Assembly: GCA_024679065.1 (NCBI GenBank) | Contig: JAGIQG010000016.1 | Coordinates: forward strand, 36,146,001-36,210,000 | Length of the DNA: 64,000 nt | Direction of reading: 5' to 3' | DNA from: Sphyrna mokarran | Taxonomy: Eukaryota | Part shown: positions 11,957 through 24,544 of the stretch, piece by piece | Layout of the letters: each line of letters begins with the position of its first letter | How positions within the stretch are numbered: position 1 is the first letter of the stretch | The notes under the pieces: model-generated | The model's database searches: none | Seen by the model: the letters and a program-made list of their open reading frames with translations, nothing else | Told to the model about the DNA's origin: nothing | Made by a program: the position numbers and the translations under genes

Positions 11957-14459
11957 TGAAGAACTATTCTGTTTATTCTGTGAACCTGTAGTTCTTGGTA
12001 CAATCTTGAAATAGCATGAAATGAATTTGATCAGCTGAAGGCACATGCTGCATTACATATTGAATGTTGCCTCGTATTGGTATATCTGCCACTCCCTGAC
12101 TTCCTATGGTGCAATATACAGTTCCTGCATATAACAGATTCTTATTCTTGTTCATGGAATGATTTTACTACAGTCTGATTCTCTGATTACATTTCTGATG
12201 CACCATTCATCCTAAGTTGATGACCAGTGGCATTAACCAAACCTGGCAGTTATAGAGTTTGTTCGCAACTGCTAAAGTCAAGGATACATTATGTACTAGC
12301 ATTTCACAATTACTTAGTGTGCACAGAAATGAATAATCTAACATGCTATGAAGTTTGGATATTATCCCAGACAGGAGATGGGAAGAGAAAATATGTAAAT
12401 CCCATCCATGTCTTCCTGGCTACTGTGCTGATGAAATGGCTGCACCTGGTCACATTCTGGCACCTGGAAGTTTCTGAACAGTTTGAAAGCAACAAAAGTT
12501 AACACTTCACACCTCCTGGAATGTTACGCTCGCTCCTTACGTTGCTTCACCCAAGCCAACAGCATGGTTTAGTAGGCCAGGTATCTACCCCAGCCAGCTA
12601 TGAGACAGATATCTTGCCTACCCTAACAATCATGGTTGTGTTAATGGCCCCATTGTTACCTGCTCCAAAATACAATAGGGGTATTTTTCGCTCTGTTTTC
12701 AGGAGGTGAGATTGGTGGTGGGAGAGGGAGGTCTGGTGGGATTTCCAAAATGAGGTTTATGCCATCAGAATTTCCCATTCCGATTACCTCCCCCTCCTCC
12801 CCAACAGTGATGTAACAGGAATTCTGACTTTATGTTGGAATCCCTATTTGAAACATTGAAGTCTTTCCCTCCAAGGATTGGGAGGCAGGGGGATGGTGGG
12901 GGTTGGTGGTGGGGGGCATCAAAATGACATGATTGAACCTGCCTCTTATCATTTTTTTATAAGCCCTTAACAATATAACAGAAGATGCCACATGTATGGC
13001 TGAAAGCTTCAGAGCCATTTTTCCATTTGCTGCATACTGCCAAAAAATATAACAATTCCACCAAATGGGTTTCAACCGGGCGCCTTGTTAGTCAATCTGA
13101 AACTTCCCTGTCATATAATCAGGATTTGAATTGTCTGAATTCCTTTAAATTATAAGCTGTTGGACCTCTCAAGTCACTGTTTGACCTTAGAAATGAAACC
13201 GGACTCAAGGCAGCAACCTGTCTCTGTCTACATTAACCATCTCGCAGGTAGCAGCAGAATGAACCCACGTCCAGCTTTAAAGTTGCTTGGCACTCATCTA
13301 CTCAGTGAACTATTGGAACTTGCACCTTCAATTCGAATTTAATTCTTCGTGCCGCCTCCCATTGTGAAAGCTCTCATAGATGAAAAGATGGATCACCCTG
13401 CAAGTCAGCCAACAACCCTCAGAAACAATGTGCTATGACACTTTGATTGTGGATATGTGTAAAACCATAAGTTGTATTCTTATTGTGGTTTTGTTCTGTA
13501 CACCTTTCCTTTCCTTATCCCTCTTTTATTGAATGAGTGCAAAAATGGTGGATGTTGCAGAATACCTTTCCCAGAAAACACCTGCTTTTGGACAGGTACT
13601 GAGATTATATTAATCCTTTTCCTGTCCATAACAATATCCTGCCACTGTTTCCAATGTCCCTGTTCTCGGTTTTTGTGATGCACTGAGTGAAGTGTGACAA
13701 GTGCAGACACAATCTACTTGACTGTCTTCGTACTTCCTTATTTGAACCTCCTGTAATATTAAAGCTTTGTGATATTTTTAGTGGATCTTTGTGGATTGAG
13801 CATCGAATTCAGAATGTGATAATTCAACACAGAAAGGGAGCCCATAATAACTTTGTATATTACAGTTGTATCTTGCCAGCCATATTACATCAATAAATAC
13901 CCTATGTGAGTTGATTGTGCAAGGAATATTTCACCATTTGTTACTGATGTTTCACATTGCAGCCATAACAGATGGCAATATCATTAAATTAGAAATCTGA
14001 AGTAATTCAGATGTGGCTGTTTTGGTTACATTTTAAGCTTGGCATAACTTTGATACATTTGGGCTTGAGAGCACTTTTTATTGCATTGAGAAGGAGGGTC
14101 TCAAATACACTAAGTATATTGTATAATACTTAATGTCTTGTTATGGTTTCTTGCCATCCAGTGCAAAGTGTTTGGTGTGTTTTCTTTTTCAAATTGAAAG
14201 CTGTTGGAACAGTCAATTGTTTGACAGGTATGTGGTCAAAACTTGTTCAGTTTCCGAAAGTCCAGCAGAATGCATCTGTACCTGTCCTTTGGCATTAAAT
14301 AGGATAATTTGTGGACAGTGCGATCTGCTTTGAATATTGAATATTTCAGTCTACATCTCTGAAAAAGTTAATTTCTTTAATGCAACAACAACTTTTTGTT
14401 TGGTCATGTGTCATCTCTTTCCTCCTCGTGTTTCACACAGTGACAGATGTTTTCAGACA

Positions 14460-14776
14460 TTATGATTATAAAATCCAAACAATGCAGAAGGAGGCCATTT
14501 GGCCCATCGAGCCTGTACTTATCACAATCCCACCCCCAGACCCTATCCCTGTGATCCCACATATTTATCCTGCTAATCCCCTGACACGAAGGAACAATTT
14601 AGCACTGCCAATTCCCTAACCTACACATCTTTCAACTGTGGGAGGAAACCAGTGCATCTGGAGGAAAACCATGCAGACACAGGGAAAATGTGCAAACTCA
14701 ACACAGTGACCTGACGCCGGAGTTGAACCTGGCTCCCTGACGCTGCGAGACAACAGTGCTAATCACTGTGCCACCC
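14460..14776 (-). mobile_element. HE1-like V-SINE, near full length
   Basis: TGCAGAAGGAGGCCATTTGGCCCATCGAG tail through CAGTGCTAATCACTGTGCCACC head. Confidence 0.92.
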
Positions 14777-15124
14777 ATTATGCAGTCACAATGGGCTACT
14801 AACAGCTTCTTAAAAGTATTTCCTATTCTGTGTACATGAAATCCCCTCTGTGAAATCTAAATGGCATTTGAAACTAACTATTGCATAGCTATTTTTTAAA
14901 AAATAAATGGGACATAAATGCTTTTCAAGATGGTCTTAGAGAGCGAGAATCAATTGCTTTTCTATCTGAGTAAGTGGGGACAAAAAGCCTTTTATATTCC
15001 TTGTGCCATCTTGCTAATGGTTTGAAAAAAATTACAAAATCTATGGAAGAAATCTTTGTAACTATTTAATATGTTACCGCTCAGAACAAAATCTCAGTGT
15101 TGACCACAGAAAACTTGGATTCAG

Positions 15125-15250
15125 TGAGCAAGTTTTTTGGATACGCTTGCCCCAAAGCTGGAAAATCCCATCCAAGGTCAACGCACCTTTGCATGGTCTG
15201 TGTCCTGCCCGCTATGATTCCATGTCTGGTGGGACGGGAAAATTTCACCC
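15125..15250. mobile_element. Short MITE (Harbinger-like)
   Basis: GGAAAATCCCATCCAAGGTCAACG...CATGGTCTGTGTCC...GGAAAATTTCACCC, homologous to 26398-26524 and (inverted) 43265-43388. Confidence 0.65.
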
Positions 15251-15579
15251 TCTACGAATGATTATTCTCTGTTAATATCAGGGTTTTTTTTGGTAAAAAT
15301 GTTCCTATACCATCTCTTCCACTAGTCTGAAATTGTGCTGAACCTAATTTGGCTAAGCCTCATTGGAAGATTTTCTCAAGCTTTATCACAATTGCTACCA
15401 ACTGAATACAAGCACTGTTTCTAAATGTATTTAAATGCATTGCTTATGCACAAAGTGGTTCTTGCAATGGCATTCACTTAATGTATATCCTCTTGGCCCA
15501 CTTGGTAACAGTTTTGCATGCAAGGCTAATGTTTTGGTTGCGGGCCTCATTCCAGCACTTGAATAATTTTACGTTTTCA

Positions 15580-15885
15580 TCAGGGTTCCTGTTCTTGGGA
15601 AAAGTCACACTACCAATGTAGAGGTGCCAGCAAAATCTGAGACCTAAAGAGAGCTGCTGATCAAGATCAGGAAGAGACAATTGGAAGCTCTTGGGTGTGT
15701 AATGAGAAATCATGATTTAGAAAGTCCGATGCTGGTGGGAAAGATTGATAGTAAAAGAGATAGAGATAAACAAAGAACAATCTTTCTCAAGAGCCTCGCT
15801 CTTTAGCACTCACGAGGAGGATCCATAACCTCCAGAGCAAGATTTATATGGTGGCCCATGGTCACCAACGTACTCTTAGGGCATA
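15580..15885 (+). mobile_element. RTE-clade LINE 3' relic
   Basis: Translates TNVEVPAKSET*RELLIKIRKRQLEALGCVMRNHDLESPMLVGKIDSKRDRDKQR, typical RTE ORF C-terminus (TNxEVL...RQLxFxGHxMR...GKIEGKRxRGR). Confidence 0.8.
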
Positions 15886-15887
15886 GA

Positions 15888-16158
15888 AGTTTAAAGTTTA
15901 TTTATTGGTCACAAGTAAGGCTTACATTAACACTGCAATGAAGTTATTGTGAAATACGCCTAATCTTCACAGTACGGGTCAATGCACCTAGCCGGCACAT
16001 CTTTCAGAATGTGGGAGGAAACCCTTGCAGACATGGGGAGAACGTGCAAACTCCACACAGTGACCCAACCCAGGAATCAAACCGGGTCCCCGGCACTGTG
16101 AAGCAGCAGTGTGTTACACTGTGTGTTCACAGTGTGAACCACTGTGTTATCATGCTGC
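15888..16158 (-). mobile_element. V-SINE, tail B
   Basis: AAGTTTAAAGTTTATTTATT, CACAAGTAAGGCTTACATTAACACTGCAATGAAG, V-domain and head. Confidence 0.9.
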
Positions 16159-16179
16159 CCATGGTATGGTACCTGAAGA

Positions 16180-16490
16180 GAGTGAGAGAGGGAGTTACTG
16201 TGATTTGCGACGCCATTAAACTGAGACCCTGTGGAGATGAATATATTTACCGGTCCCTTGGCCATATTTGAAGATAAAGAAATAGTGAGTTCCCCCAGTG
16301 TCCTGGCTCAGGTTCTCCTTTAATAACATCTTTTAAAAGTTTGATCTTGTCAGTCATCTCATTTGATTTTTGTTGCATGCAGATATGCTGCTGTGTTTGG
16401 TTACGTAACAATGATTACACTTCAAACGTAAATGATTAGATGCAAAATGCTAGGTGGGATATCATGAAGTTGTGATAAATTCAAGTATTT
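16180..16490 (+). mobile_element. Deu-domain SINE, decayed
   Basis: TTAAACTGAG...GAGTTCCCCCAGTGTCCTGGC...GATTACACTTCAAA shared with 1290-1712 and 56378-56790. Confidence 0.7.
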
Positions 16491-17539
16491 TCTGTAGATT
16501 TCTAGTGAATTTCCTCAGTGTAAGGGGCACTTTAGTACATGGAGCTTCATGAATTCTGTTAAATGGGAGTTTTCAGATTCTGCAATTTGCTTTCTTTATG
16601 TTGTAAAGCTGTTTTGAGCACTCAATTTCTTCATCTATAATATCTTTCTCCGCAGCAGCTGCATTATAGTTCCCTCACTCAGTCATTCTGTTCCTAGAAT
16701 GTGCCTGAAATGACAGGTTTAAAGACTCAGTGCCCTCCCCAGCTACTGTTTATGATCTTTAGCACTGATAATGTGTGCTTAATGAGAATTTTTCCTCCCT
16801 TGTAAATCCTTTAGCCGGTGCTCGATTTATTGACAGATGTCTGCTTTCCCCCTTTTAAAATTACTTCATAAATCTCCTTGGAGAAAAAGGGCCAGTGTTC
16901 TGTACTGAAGAAAGATATTCATGGAAGATTGCTTTCATTGCTGTTTCCACGACACTGGGCCTGTTCCTGAGTCCGGGGGCCTGTTTTTCATTCTGTTACT
17001 TCCGTTAATGGGGCTTTGTGCACCTTCACAGATTGATTTGCTCACAGCTTTGCAGCTTTGTTCTCCAGCGTACAGTAAATTCTCCTGAGAACCCAAATAA
17101 ACTGTCATCAATACAACAATATGATGAGTGTTTGAGTGCTAAGATCCACATTAACACGGGGCAATTGCTGATTAGAAGCAACAAGGGGAATATTCTGTAC
17201 ATATGAGCTTTCAAGTCACATTTTTGTACCTGATTAAAGAGTCACTGATTGACCAACTTAACACTTCAATAACCAATAAAGTTTTTTTTCATATTTCATT
17301 GTTTGCAAAGAATAATGAACGCCTGTTAAATACATTAAAGCACCAATTTTCTGGTGGAGTGGGTGTGTTCACCACAGCCTATGATTTAAACTGCCCATTA
17401 CCATTTTACACTAGATGTAGCTTCCAGTCTTGGGTCTAACAAGTATTCAAAGATGACTGTAATTCCAGCAAGGTCACACCTTTATAACCAAAGAGATGGC
17501 CCTTAATGTCTGTTTTCTGTTCACTGTTTTTAAATGCAG

Positions 17540-18370
17540 CTGTCACCTCCCCCAGCAGGGCACAACATTCCCCTGACCCCCTTACAAAGCTCACCTACGA
17601 CAATGCTCAGACCTTACCACATTACTGGCAAAGGTCACATCCCAATCCCCCCCCGTTATTCCCAACAAGTAGTCACCTGCCCTTTACAACCCTAACAATG
17701 TTCACATCCTCACCTCTGACAGTGCTCATCCCTCCCTCACCTCTGACAATGTTCATCCCTCCCTCACCCCCGACAGTGTTCACCCCTCCCTCACTCCAGC
17801 ACTACTGACCTCTCCCTTACTCCGACAGTACTCACCTCTCCCTCACTCTGTTAGTGCTCACTCCTCCCTCACTGACAGTGCTCACTCCCTCCCTCACCCC
17901 TGACAGTGCTCACCCCTCCCTTACCCCTGACAGTGCTCACCCCTCCGTCACTCCGATAGTGCTCATCCCTCCCTCACCCACGATATGTTCATACCTCCTT
18001 CATCCCTGATCATGCTCACTCCCTGCCTCACCCCTGACAGTGCTTACTCCTCCTTCACCCCCCCACAGTGCTCGCTGCTTTTTCACCCCTGACAGTGCTC
18101 ACCCCTCCCTCACCCATGATAGTGTTCACCCCTCCCTCATCCCTGACAGTGCTCACTCCCTCCCTCACCACTGATAGTGCTCACTCCTTCCCTCACCACT
18201 GACAGTGCTCACCCCTCCCTCACCCCCTCCATCAGCCCTGACAATACTCATTCCCTCATATCAGTCAATATTCACCCCCTCCCTCACCGCAGTCAATATT
18301 CACCTGCTTCCCTCATCCCAGACAATATTCACTCCCTCCTTTACCCTAGATAATACTCACCCACTCCCTC
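17540..18370. repeat. C-rich minisatellite, ~27-bp unit TGACAGTGCTCACCCCTCCCTCACCCC
   Basis: Tandem copies directly visible, best conserved 17715-18250 and degenerating at both edges. Confidence 0.93.
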
Positions 18371-18421
18371 ACCATTTTTCTTACCTTTAGAAACTTTTCC
18401 TGCCTCTGTAATTTGCTCAAT

Positions 18422-18650
18422 AAGAAGTCTCACAAACACCAGACCAAAGTCCAACAGATTTATTTGGTAGCACAAGCTTTCAGAGTATTCTTGTTTCTTC
18501 AGCCTTCTTCAGGTTGCTCCTCCTTCACTCACCTGAAGAAGGAATGACACTCCAAAAGGTTGTGCTGCCAACTAAACCTGTTGGACTTCAACCTGGTGTT
18601 GTGAGACTTCTTATTGTACTTACCCCAGTCCGACACCAGTATCTCCACTT
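18422..18650. mobile_element. Penelope-like palindromic terminal repeat with degenerate hammerhead motifs
   Basis: AAGAAGTCTCACAA...TTGTGAGACTTCTT inverted arms (18422-18612); internal CACCTGAAGAAGGAATGACACTCCAAAA. Confidence 0.75.
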
Positions 18651-18779
18651 CGGTAACTTGTCCCAGTCATGGTCCCCACCTCCAAACAGTTGGCCTGGTA
18701 CAGACAGCTGCTGAACATTGCTCTCCTTTGGGAATGTTTGAAAGGTTTTAAGAGAAATCTTTTAAGAAGCCCATGGGAT

Positions 18780-19287
18780 ATTGACTGGCCTAATAATAGA
18801 TCTGGGTGATTTCCAGAGTGCAATGCCAAGGGGCCCTTTGGGGAGTACCACTGGGGGTGGGGTCCTCTTGCTGCTGATGCGGGGGGAGGGGAGCTACTCT
18901 TGTATGTGTGGGTCAGGGTGATGGTCTTCATGTTTGTGGTAGGGTGGGGGGAGTGCAGGGGGGGAGGGGGTGGTCCTGTGTTGCTTAGCAATGATCAGGG
19001 AGCCCCTTAACAATGTTGCCAATCTCAGGATTCCCAGCTGCTGGCATCTGTGAGTCATGCCTCCAGATTTTCTCTGCACAGAGTACAGATTACCTCGGGC
19101 GGATTACTGTCTGGAATTGAGGAGGCCTGAATGCCTCAATAGGGCATTTTCTGGAGGAGTATGGAATTCTGGATTTCTGTGGTCGTCTACACAAGTGAAG
19201 ATTCCAAAAGCTGCAGTCACTTTCAGTGGAATGATGGCAGCAAATACTAATAGTTTCACCATCATTACCCCTGCAAATTCCAGCCCA
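18780..19287. mobile_element. Harbinger-like non-autonomous element fragment
   Basis: GC-rich; ends TGCAAATTCCAGCCC, similar to TGCAAATTTCACCC near 40025 and to other MITE termini. Confidence 0.45.
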
Positions 19288-19329
19288 TTATATTTCTGTC
19301 CCTTGACACTCTTATTTCATGAGATTCCA

Positions 19330-21040
19330 GTATGTTTCCAACACTGATGTTTAACTAACTGGCCAAAGTACCCAAGATTTGTTCTGTCTGTCTTTTTATA
19401 TTTCGGAGCAGTGTTCACCGTCTGCCAATTCTCTGGCTATTATGGAACTTTTGTACATAAATTCAACTGACTCTTCTACTCCCTAATTTCCTTGTGTACA
19501 TGTGGGTGTATACTATCCAGACCTATAGTTTTATCCTTGTTTAATTTTACTAATGTGTTAATTATTTTCATCCTTAGTGTTTCAATTTCATTGATTTTTC
19601 TTTTAAATCTCATTCTTCAGTGAAATTTATAATTTGTTATCTTCAACACTAAGAAACTAGGATGAAGAAGATATTTATTACTGGATGGCATGGTGAACAG
19701 CATTGCTGCCTCAGCCAGAGACCCAGGTTCGATTGCGGTCTTGGGTGACCGACTCTGGGAGTTTCCACACTCTCCCCGTGTCTGTGTGGGTTTCCTCCAC
19801 AGTCCAGAGATGTGCAGGTTATGTTGATCGTTCATGGTACTTTGTCCCTTTGTTTCAGGGAAGCTAGCAACATAAATACGTGGCGTCATGGGGATAGGCC
19901 GGTGTGGGATTGTTGTCAGTGTTAGTTCGACAAGCTGACTGGTCTGCTCTCTGAATTTTGTCATTTCTTAGATTTCTTTATGAGCCATTTGTTACATTCA
20001 TTGTCATTTTGTTTATGAAATGCTTTTTTTGTATTAATTGTGTAATTTCTCATTGCCTGCCGGATAATTGTTTTAACTTATCTCCCAATTTATTCCTGTT
20101 CCCCTATCTGAGTGTTTGTTATTCTTTTTATTTAATTCTTTTAGTCCTTTATTCATCAACAGTGTCCTCATAACTGTTTATTTGTTTTGAACTTTTAATG
20201 GATGCATTTCTTTTCAAATCTATTGATCACCCACTTAAAGATTTTCCTTTTTTCTTTTTACTTTTTCTGTATTTTCGTCTAGTATGCTTTAATTCTACCC
20301 TTGATTCTTCCAATTTATTCTTTCCAATCTATTATGTTTGACTTTGGTCCACCTGTATGGCTGTCGATCCTAACTTTACCATATATTGTGATCACTATTA
20401 CTAAAATGCTCTTCTGCTCTTATTTCTGATTATTGTTTTCATTTAAAAAATACTGCTTTGATTATTTTCTTGTTGACTTCTTAGATACTGAATGAGAAAG
20501 AACTCCTGTATATTCAATCAAATATACAGTTGCCTTTCTCCTTTCTCTGTTTCTTCCTGCCAATTTTTCTGGTGCAAGTTGAAATCTCCTAGGATTGTTC
20601 TAGATGCCAGCTATATGCCTAGTAGATTTGGCTATATATATCCTCCTATTCCCTGACTAATTGGTGGATTGCAGTATACATAGTTAGAATGATGGGTCCC
20701 TTAGTATACCTAATTAGGATGATGGATGCCTTTTAATTTTTTAACTTGATCCATATGGATTCTGTATCTATCTTATTACAACTTGTATAGTTTTTTTCAC
20801 CCAACATAATATCATCTTAAACTAGTACAGTCACCTCCTTGCCTTCTATCATAGTGGCCATATGGGATATGGGGCATCATTAATAGATTTCCCTGTGGTC
20901 TTTGTGGAGTACAGTTTTCCCTGTTTAGCAAGCAAATGCTTGCCCACTGGGGGAACAGAAGCTTAAAACCTGCATCCTCAACCTGTATCATTACATTGTA
21001 GGTCCAGAGCTTAGGACTTGAGTTGCTGTAAGCCACAAAC
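19330..21040 (-). mobile_element. Old CR1 ORF2 relic (endonuclease and linker) interrupted by a SINE
   Basis: Minus strand gives RRQGGDC (RxGGGV-like), VYCNPP, ILGDFN and PENWQTVNTAPKYKK (PEDWRxANVxPIFKK-like). Confidence 0.65.
19685..19955 (+). mobile_element. HE1-like V-SINE
   Basis: AGCATTGCTGCCTCA...CCAGGTTCGATT...TCTCCCCGTGTCTGTGTGGGTTTCCTCC. Confidence 0.85.
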
Positions 21041-21395
21041 ATGGTCTTTTCTTTTTGTTAAATAAAACAATGTGATACCAGAAGATAGGCCATGGTAAGA
21101 TTATTACACCTTCCTCAGTGCGTCACATCTGGCAATATTTATCTACCAATGCTGTTTTATCTGTACATGAGTTTCAATCTTCACAACTATATTTGGATAT
21201 TCTCTCCATATTACTACTTCCACTTCATCCATTTTGGTTTGAATGGCTACCTATATTGCAGTGCCAAAGTGCAATTTCTCAAATTTATTATTTATTTCTT
21301 TTTTCCTAGTAGTTATTTCATAATTTTTATCAGTTCTGTTAAATATATCACAGATTCTGCAATGTGCCCTCTCAAAGCAGGCAAGCGTGTCTGAA

Positions 21396-21876
21396 GAGCG
21401 GAATGGTAGCATAGTGGGTTAGCACTGCCGCTTCATAGTGCCAAGGATCCAGGTTCAATTTCCGGCTTGGGTCACTGTCTGTGTGGAGTTTGCACATTCT
21501 CCCCATGTCTGCATGAGTTTCCTCTAGATGCTTTGGTTCCCTATCACAGCCCAAAGATATAGGAGTTAAGCGGATTGCTGGCATCTGGGATTTCCCAGTG
21601 GGTCTTCCTGCCTTTCCTCTGACATGACCTTGCCCCCCCCCCCCCCAACTCCCCGCCCCACCTGTTCTCAAAAAGCCCCCTTGGCACTGCTTCTGGAATG
21701 CTGGCGGTGCCCAAAGGCAGTACTGGCTGTCCAGTGGCCATGCTAAATTGTCCCTTGGTTTCAGCTGGTGTAAATGCGTAGGGTTATGGGGATATGACCT
21801 GGGTGGAATTCTGGTCAATGCAGACTTGATGGGCCAAATGGCCTCCTTCTGCGCTATAGGATTCTTTGGTTCTATG
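21396..21876 (+). mobile_element. HE1-like V-SINE, full length, carrying a ~160-bp foreign insert (21578-21735)
   Basis: Head GGTAGCATAGTGGGTTAGCACTG, B-box GGTTCAATTTCC, tail GGGCCAAATGGCCTCCTTCTGC. Confidence 0.92.
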
Positions 21877-22646
21877 AAATCAGAGAAATGAGAAAACAGG
21901 TTCCCCGCCCATTTCCAACTGCTTATTCATTGCACTTTTTTTATTTTATGCCTTAGCCTCATGAAGTCCACAAAGTTTAATTCAAATGAATACCCTGCAA
22001 ATTTTAAATGACAGAATCTTCAAAAGTAGAACTAGTTGGTCCACTGTGCATCATTCTTTTGCAAGGGCCATCCAATTCAGAGGACATCCTTCTTCTTCCC
22101 GATAGGCATTCAAACTTTGTTGGAAGTGACTATTGAGTATGCTTTCATCATGGTTTTAAACAGAGGAGGGGGGGGGGTCACACTACTAATTGCTTAAAGA
22201 AGGACTCTTACATTGCATGTCAAGCACAAGTCATAGAAAGTGAGAGAGCCTAAAATATGAGTTACCTCCACAGCGATGTTGCACTGGCGGAAGGAAATAC
22301 ATTCAAGAGTATAGAGAAATGGAATAATTATATAATCCTGATATGTCATTAATTCAGCAGTTCTCAACATCTTGCTGAGACCCTACGATCAGACTATTTT
22401 CTAAGAATTGCTGCAGTATGCGGCAATGACAAAGATCAGGTTATTGCAGTTATTAAACGGCAGAATTTCAAAGAGCCTTCAGTTGAATCTGCTGCAGTTT
22501 TTCTCTTTCTCCTTTGTGTCTCCATTTGGAACAACAGATCAGGGTGCTCCATATCCAAAAACTCTTAAATAGTCTTCAGCATTGTTTTGACAAATAATTT
22601 AGTGCAGAATTTTTATCAAATATTTTCTCTAAGTGTTGGACATTTT

Positions 22647-23582
22647 GGGTGGAATTCTCCCAAAATAAAAATTCTAAGTGCCATAATGGTGAGAATAATG
22701 CAGTAATCTGCATCAGTCTTAATCAGCACGTGCCACGCTCAGACACATTTCGGAGAGTATGGAATTTCGTGCTAGTACCCGGGTAGGGAGTGGGTTCGGA
22801 AAGAGAGCGTGAATGGACCGGTAAACTGAGCTTCTGACCACTTCGGTGGCGATTCACAAGGCTGCCTCGATCTCAGAATGCATTGAGAAACCCCCTCCCT
22901 CACCCCACGGACATCAGAAACCAACATCTCCCATTGCCGGCATGTTCTGCCACCCCTCCAACATGGATCACTGGCATCTGGGATTTCCCAGTGGGTCTCC
23001 CTGCCTGTCCTCTGACATGACCTTGCACCCCCCCCTCACCCCCGCCCCACCTGTTCTCAAAAGGTTCTCAAAAGGCACTGCCTTTGGAATACTGGCGTGC
23101 CCAAATGGCACTACTGGCTGTCCAGTGGCCAGTGACCGTTGGTGTGCCAGGTGTCCCTCCCCATCCCCCTGCATAATATGCTCACTGTCAGGTAAGCAGT
23201 GCCTGATCAGCACTTCTTGGTCATACCTTCAACCAGCTTGGTGCTTCATGGCCTCAGAGCACTCCACCCCATGCATGACCATCTCGCCAGGTCTCCAGTA
23301 GTGGAGACCAGCAGTAATTTTTGCCGTTCTTGCACCATGCCTGAATGCCAGAGAATTCCATGCGCTGGGATTCAAACGGGCTATGCATATTTAAATGCTA
23401 CTTTAAATATGCTAATAGGCCTCACACCTTTTCAGGATGTGAACCAGTTCACGCTATTAGGAAGGGGCCGGGAGACTCGCAAACTGATTGGTGCTGAGTG
23501 CAAAATGGATTTTTAGGACCACATGCTATTCTCCGGGTCCACCTCAATCTACTAGTGGCGCAGCGAGGTCAGAGAATCGCCT
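22647..23582. mobile_element. Harbinger-like non-autonomous DNA transposon
   Basis: Termini GGGTGGAATTCTC...GAGAATCGCC; internal TATGCATATTTAAAT motif shared with 60750-61937. Confidence 0.7.
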
Positions 23583-23734
23583 TCTTTGATTCATTCCTGA
23601 ATGGAGATTTTGGGTCTGGTTTTTACTTTTTATATTTTAGCTTGCTTCTAAAATGCCTCAAATATTGTACTGCATGGCTGAAGAAGTACATGATGACAAA
23701 CAGAGTTTGTGACTTCGATAGCTGAAGACACAAC

Positions 23735-24037
23735 TTGCAGTGCTGGGGTGAAGAATGTGAGGAATGGATGGGGAGCCAGATTTGGAGAAACACGATGTTT
23801 ATGGACAGTTCTGGGCTGGCGGAGGTTGGGGGAGATGGAACACCAGGAGAAGTTTTAAAATAAGCATTGCTGGTTAGGGAGTCAGTGTAGGTCAAAGAGC
23901 TCAGGAGTGATGAGTCAGTGGGACTTCGTGTGAGTTCAGATACAGGCAGCAGAGCTTTGAACAAATTCAAGTTTATGGGAAGTTAGAAATGGGTGATTGG
24001 CCAGCAGAACATTGGAGTAGTCAAGTCTCTAGGTAAA
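23735..24037 (-). mobile_element. L2-clade LINE 3' relic
   Basis: Minus strand gives RLDYSNVLLA...KLEFVQSSAACI...ITPELFDLH*LP, the L2 C-terminal signature. Confidence 0.85.
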
Positions 24038-24544
24038 CGTAATTGTATTGTATGTATAGTAAGGGCATTTTCCTGCTGAGAACAACTGCTTCAGTTTGCT
24101 GCAGTTGTGATGGAACGTTTTGTCACCTGAGACAAAACTGAGGAAAACTGTAGTCAGCTTGAAGGATACTGATGACACTACCAATGGTTGGACATATTCT
24201 TACTGTTGTCAATTGTTAGTTCCATGGCTGATTCCTAGCTAGCACTCAAATACGAACTAAAGTACTGCTTACCCACACATCACTCAGATGACTGATATGT
24301 TGATCAGCATGACTTTTACTTGCATCTCCTTTCATACTGCAAAGTGTGACTTGGCTACCCAATTTATCATCGCTGTTTTATTTCTCAAAGGTGCAGGGAC
24401 CATTGCTACCTGTACAAATCAGCATTACATGTTTGTGTTACAGTGGCTGATGGGTAAAGCTCATGGAAGATGTGAGTATGGCAAAACTTTGCAACAGCAC
24501 CTTAAACATATGCCTGGCTGAAGTTACGTATGCATTCGATGTAA

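Noticed and set aside
14700-16150. CACAGTG/CACTGTG RSS-like heptamers
   Set aside because: Part of the SINE consensus; no correctly spaced nonamer and no V/D/J segments.
17540-18370. Regular repeats resembling a CRISPR array, and matches to the CCTCCCTNNCCAC hotspot motif
   Set aside because: Contiguous tandem units without unique spacers in a vertebrate context; the hotspot motif is specific to human PRDM9 alleles.
21396-21480. tRNA-like A/B boxes here and in other SINE heads
   Set aside because: No complete cloverleaf; they are SINE pol III promoters, not tRNA genes.
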